From IMG/VR virus record IMGVR_UViG_3300042375_000684: 64,000 nt of DNA; one strand, 5' to 3'. Shown in pieces: positions 63,035 to 64,000 of this stretch. Both the position numbers and the translations under genes were made by a program. The notes below the pieces were generated by a model. The model did not search any database, had not been told where the DNA came from, and saw nothing but the letters and a program-made list of their open reading frames with translations. The stretch comes from a virus. The first letter of the stretch is position 1. Every line of letters starts with the position of its first letter.

Positions 63035-63646
63035 TTATTTATACCAATTATGATTTTCCGAACCATCAATTAGTGAATAAATTTGCTTCCAGTTATCAAC
63101 TCTTTTGATCCTTGAATTAACTGCATCATTTGCATTATAGTGATGGTTTACTAAAATACAGCGCATGTTATAGTCTAGACCATATTCTGCATTCTTTGTA
63201 AGATCTTCCAACCAGAAACAATCTGTATCTTTGTATTCCTTAAGAAGTTCCTTTTTATTTTTGGATGAACCACAAAGAATTAATTGTTCGAATGTTGTTT
63301 TACCAAATAGATTGTGAATATTTTCCATCCGAGCTTCATACATATCCTGTGTATTAGGGATTGCAGAGATACAATGAAAAACATATCCATGTTCCTCGTG
63401 TAGTTTTCGGATATACTTGATTGCATCTTTGAAAGGTGCTAGTCGTTTAAGTGCAGCACTTTCATTGAAGGCTTGTGTTAGCATTTCAGCTTCACTAGAT
63501 GAGATACCATACATATCTTCAATATCATAGCAACCCATTTTCAGGATTTTATAACCATTTGCAATCATCCATTTATGGAAACCTGGTTCCCAATATCCGC
63601 ATACACCATCATAATCTGTGACAATTACATTTCCATAAACTTGCAT
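63035..63646 (-). CDS. HAD-family 5'(3')-deoxyribonucleotidase-like protein
   Basis: IVTDYDGV (DxD), R.ENI..LFG, WLED...NA and RVDNW. Confidence 0.75.
   Translation of the reverse strand: MQVYGNVIVTDYDGVCGYWEPGFHKWMIANGYKILKMGCYDIEDMYGISSSEAEMLTQAFNESAALKRLAPFKDAIKYIRKLHEEHGYVFHCISAIPNTQDMYEARMENIHNLFGKTTFEQLILCGSSKNKKELLKEYKDTDCFWLEDLTKNAEYGLDYNMRCILVNHHYNANDAVNSRIKRVDNWKQIYSLIDGSENHNWYK
63036..63043 (-). promoter_or_regulatory. T4-type late promoter on the minus strand
   Basis: Plus-strand TATTTATA, overlapping the stop codon of the upstream gene. Confidence 0.6.
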
Positions 63647-64000
63647 TATTTTGATCCTAAACTTAAAGCAATGGCAAGATTGTGATTTGTTGTTTCAAAA
63701 TCTTTGTGGTGAATTGCAAAACCACCATGTTCAGCCCATGGAATACAGTTCTTTTCAAAATCATCAATAAGGACATCGCCGGGTGAATGCATAAACAAGC
63801 ACTTATTCTTGCCACCCATCATCGGGATAACTGTGATATCAGGTGAAAGATGTTTATAAACCCACTGACGTTTCTGCACAGCAGCTACTGTATAGTTTGA
63901 TTTTGGGCATGCAGTCAAAATGGTTGGATTCATATGCTCAACTGAACGAAAGAACTCAAGAGCACCTGGCATAAGCGGGAGATTACTAAAGAAATTTCCA
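63646..64000 (-). CDS. NT5C-like 5'-nucleotidase, C-terminal part (starts beyond the window)
   Basis: Open to the window end: FFSNLPLMPGA, ILT, K..WV, VLIDD...N and W...GG..I.H. Confidence 0.75.
   Translation of the reverse strand, partial: GNFFSNLPLMPGALEFFRSVEHMNPTILTACPKSNYTVAAVQKRQWVYKHLSPDITVIPMMGGKNKCLFMHSPGDVLIDDFEKNCIPWAEHGGFAIHHKDFETTNHNLAIALSLGSK

Overview
This window is part of a large T4-like (myovirus) phage genome. Its host is probably an alphaproteobacterium, judged from a GapR/DUF2312 gene. Bases 1-47.1 kb are late, plus-strand genes driven by T4-type TATAAATA promoters. They comprise a first sugar-modification cluster (split HldE kinase and nucleotidyltransferase, HldD epimerase, cupin, TPR/GT9-like transferase, sulfotransferase, methyltransferase), a tail-fibre block containing a 1847-aa proline-free Gly-X-Y collagen-like fibre with an S74 chaperone, a second 11-kb glycosyltransferase/methyltransferase cluster, and the conserved gp13-gp23 neck, terminase, tail and head module. 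Bases 47.1-64 kb are minus-strand early and accessory genes (gapR, guaC, PTH2-like, DUF932, LemA-like, DenV-like, deaminase, HD hydrolase, Cas4-like exonuclease, Acb1-like, PAAR, phoH, nucleotidases), many preceded by copies of one ~47-bp promoter cassette. The main leads are: (1) a candidate phage NDP-heptose and virion-glycosylation system acting on Thr/Ser-rich collagen fibres; (2) twin sigma70 promoters pointing antisense into the 3' ends of both glyco clusters; (3) an ATPase-only terminase paralogue between gp16 and gp17; (4) gp14 apparently starting at AUU behind a homing endonuclease; (5) an array of promoter-plus-gene cassettes; (6) an attenuator-like leader upstream of the phoH/PAAR/acb1 operon. 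All family calls come from motif recognition by eye; no database searches were run.
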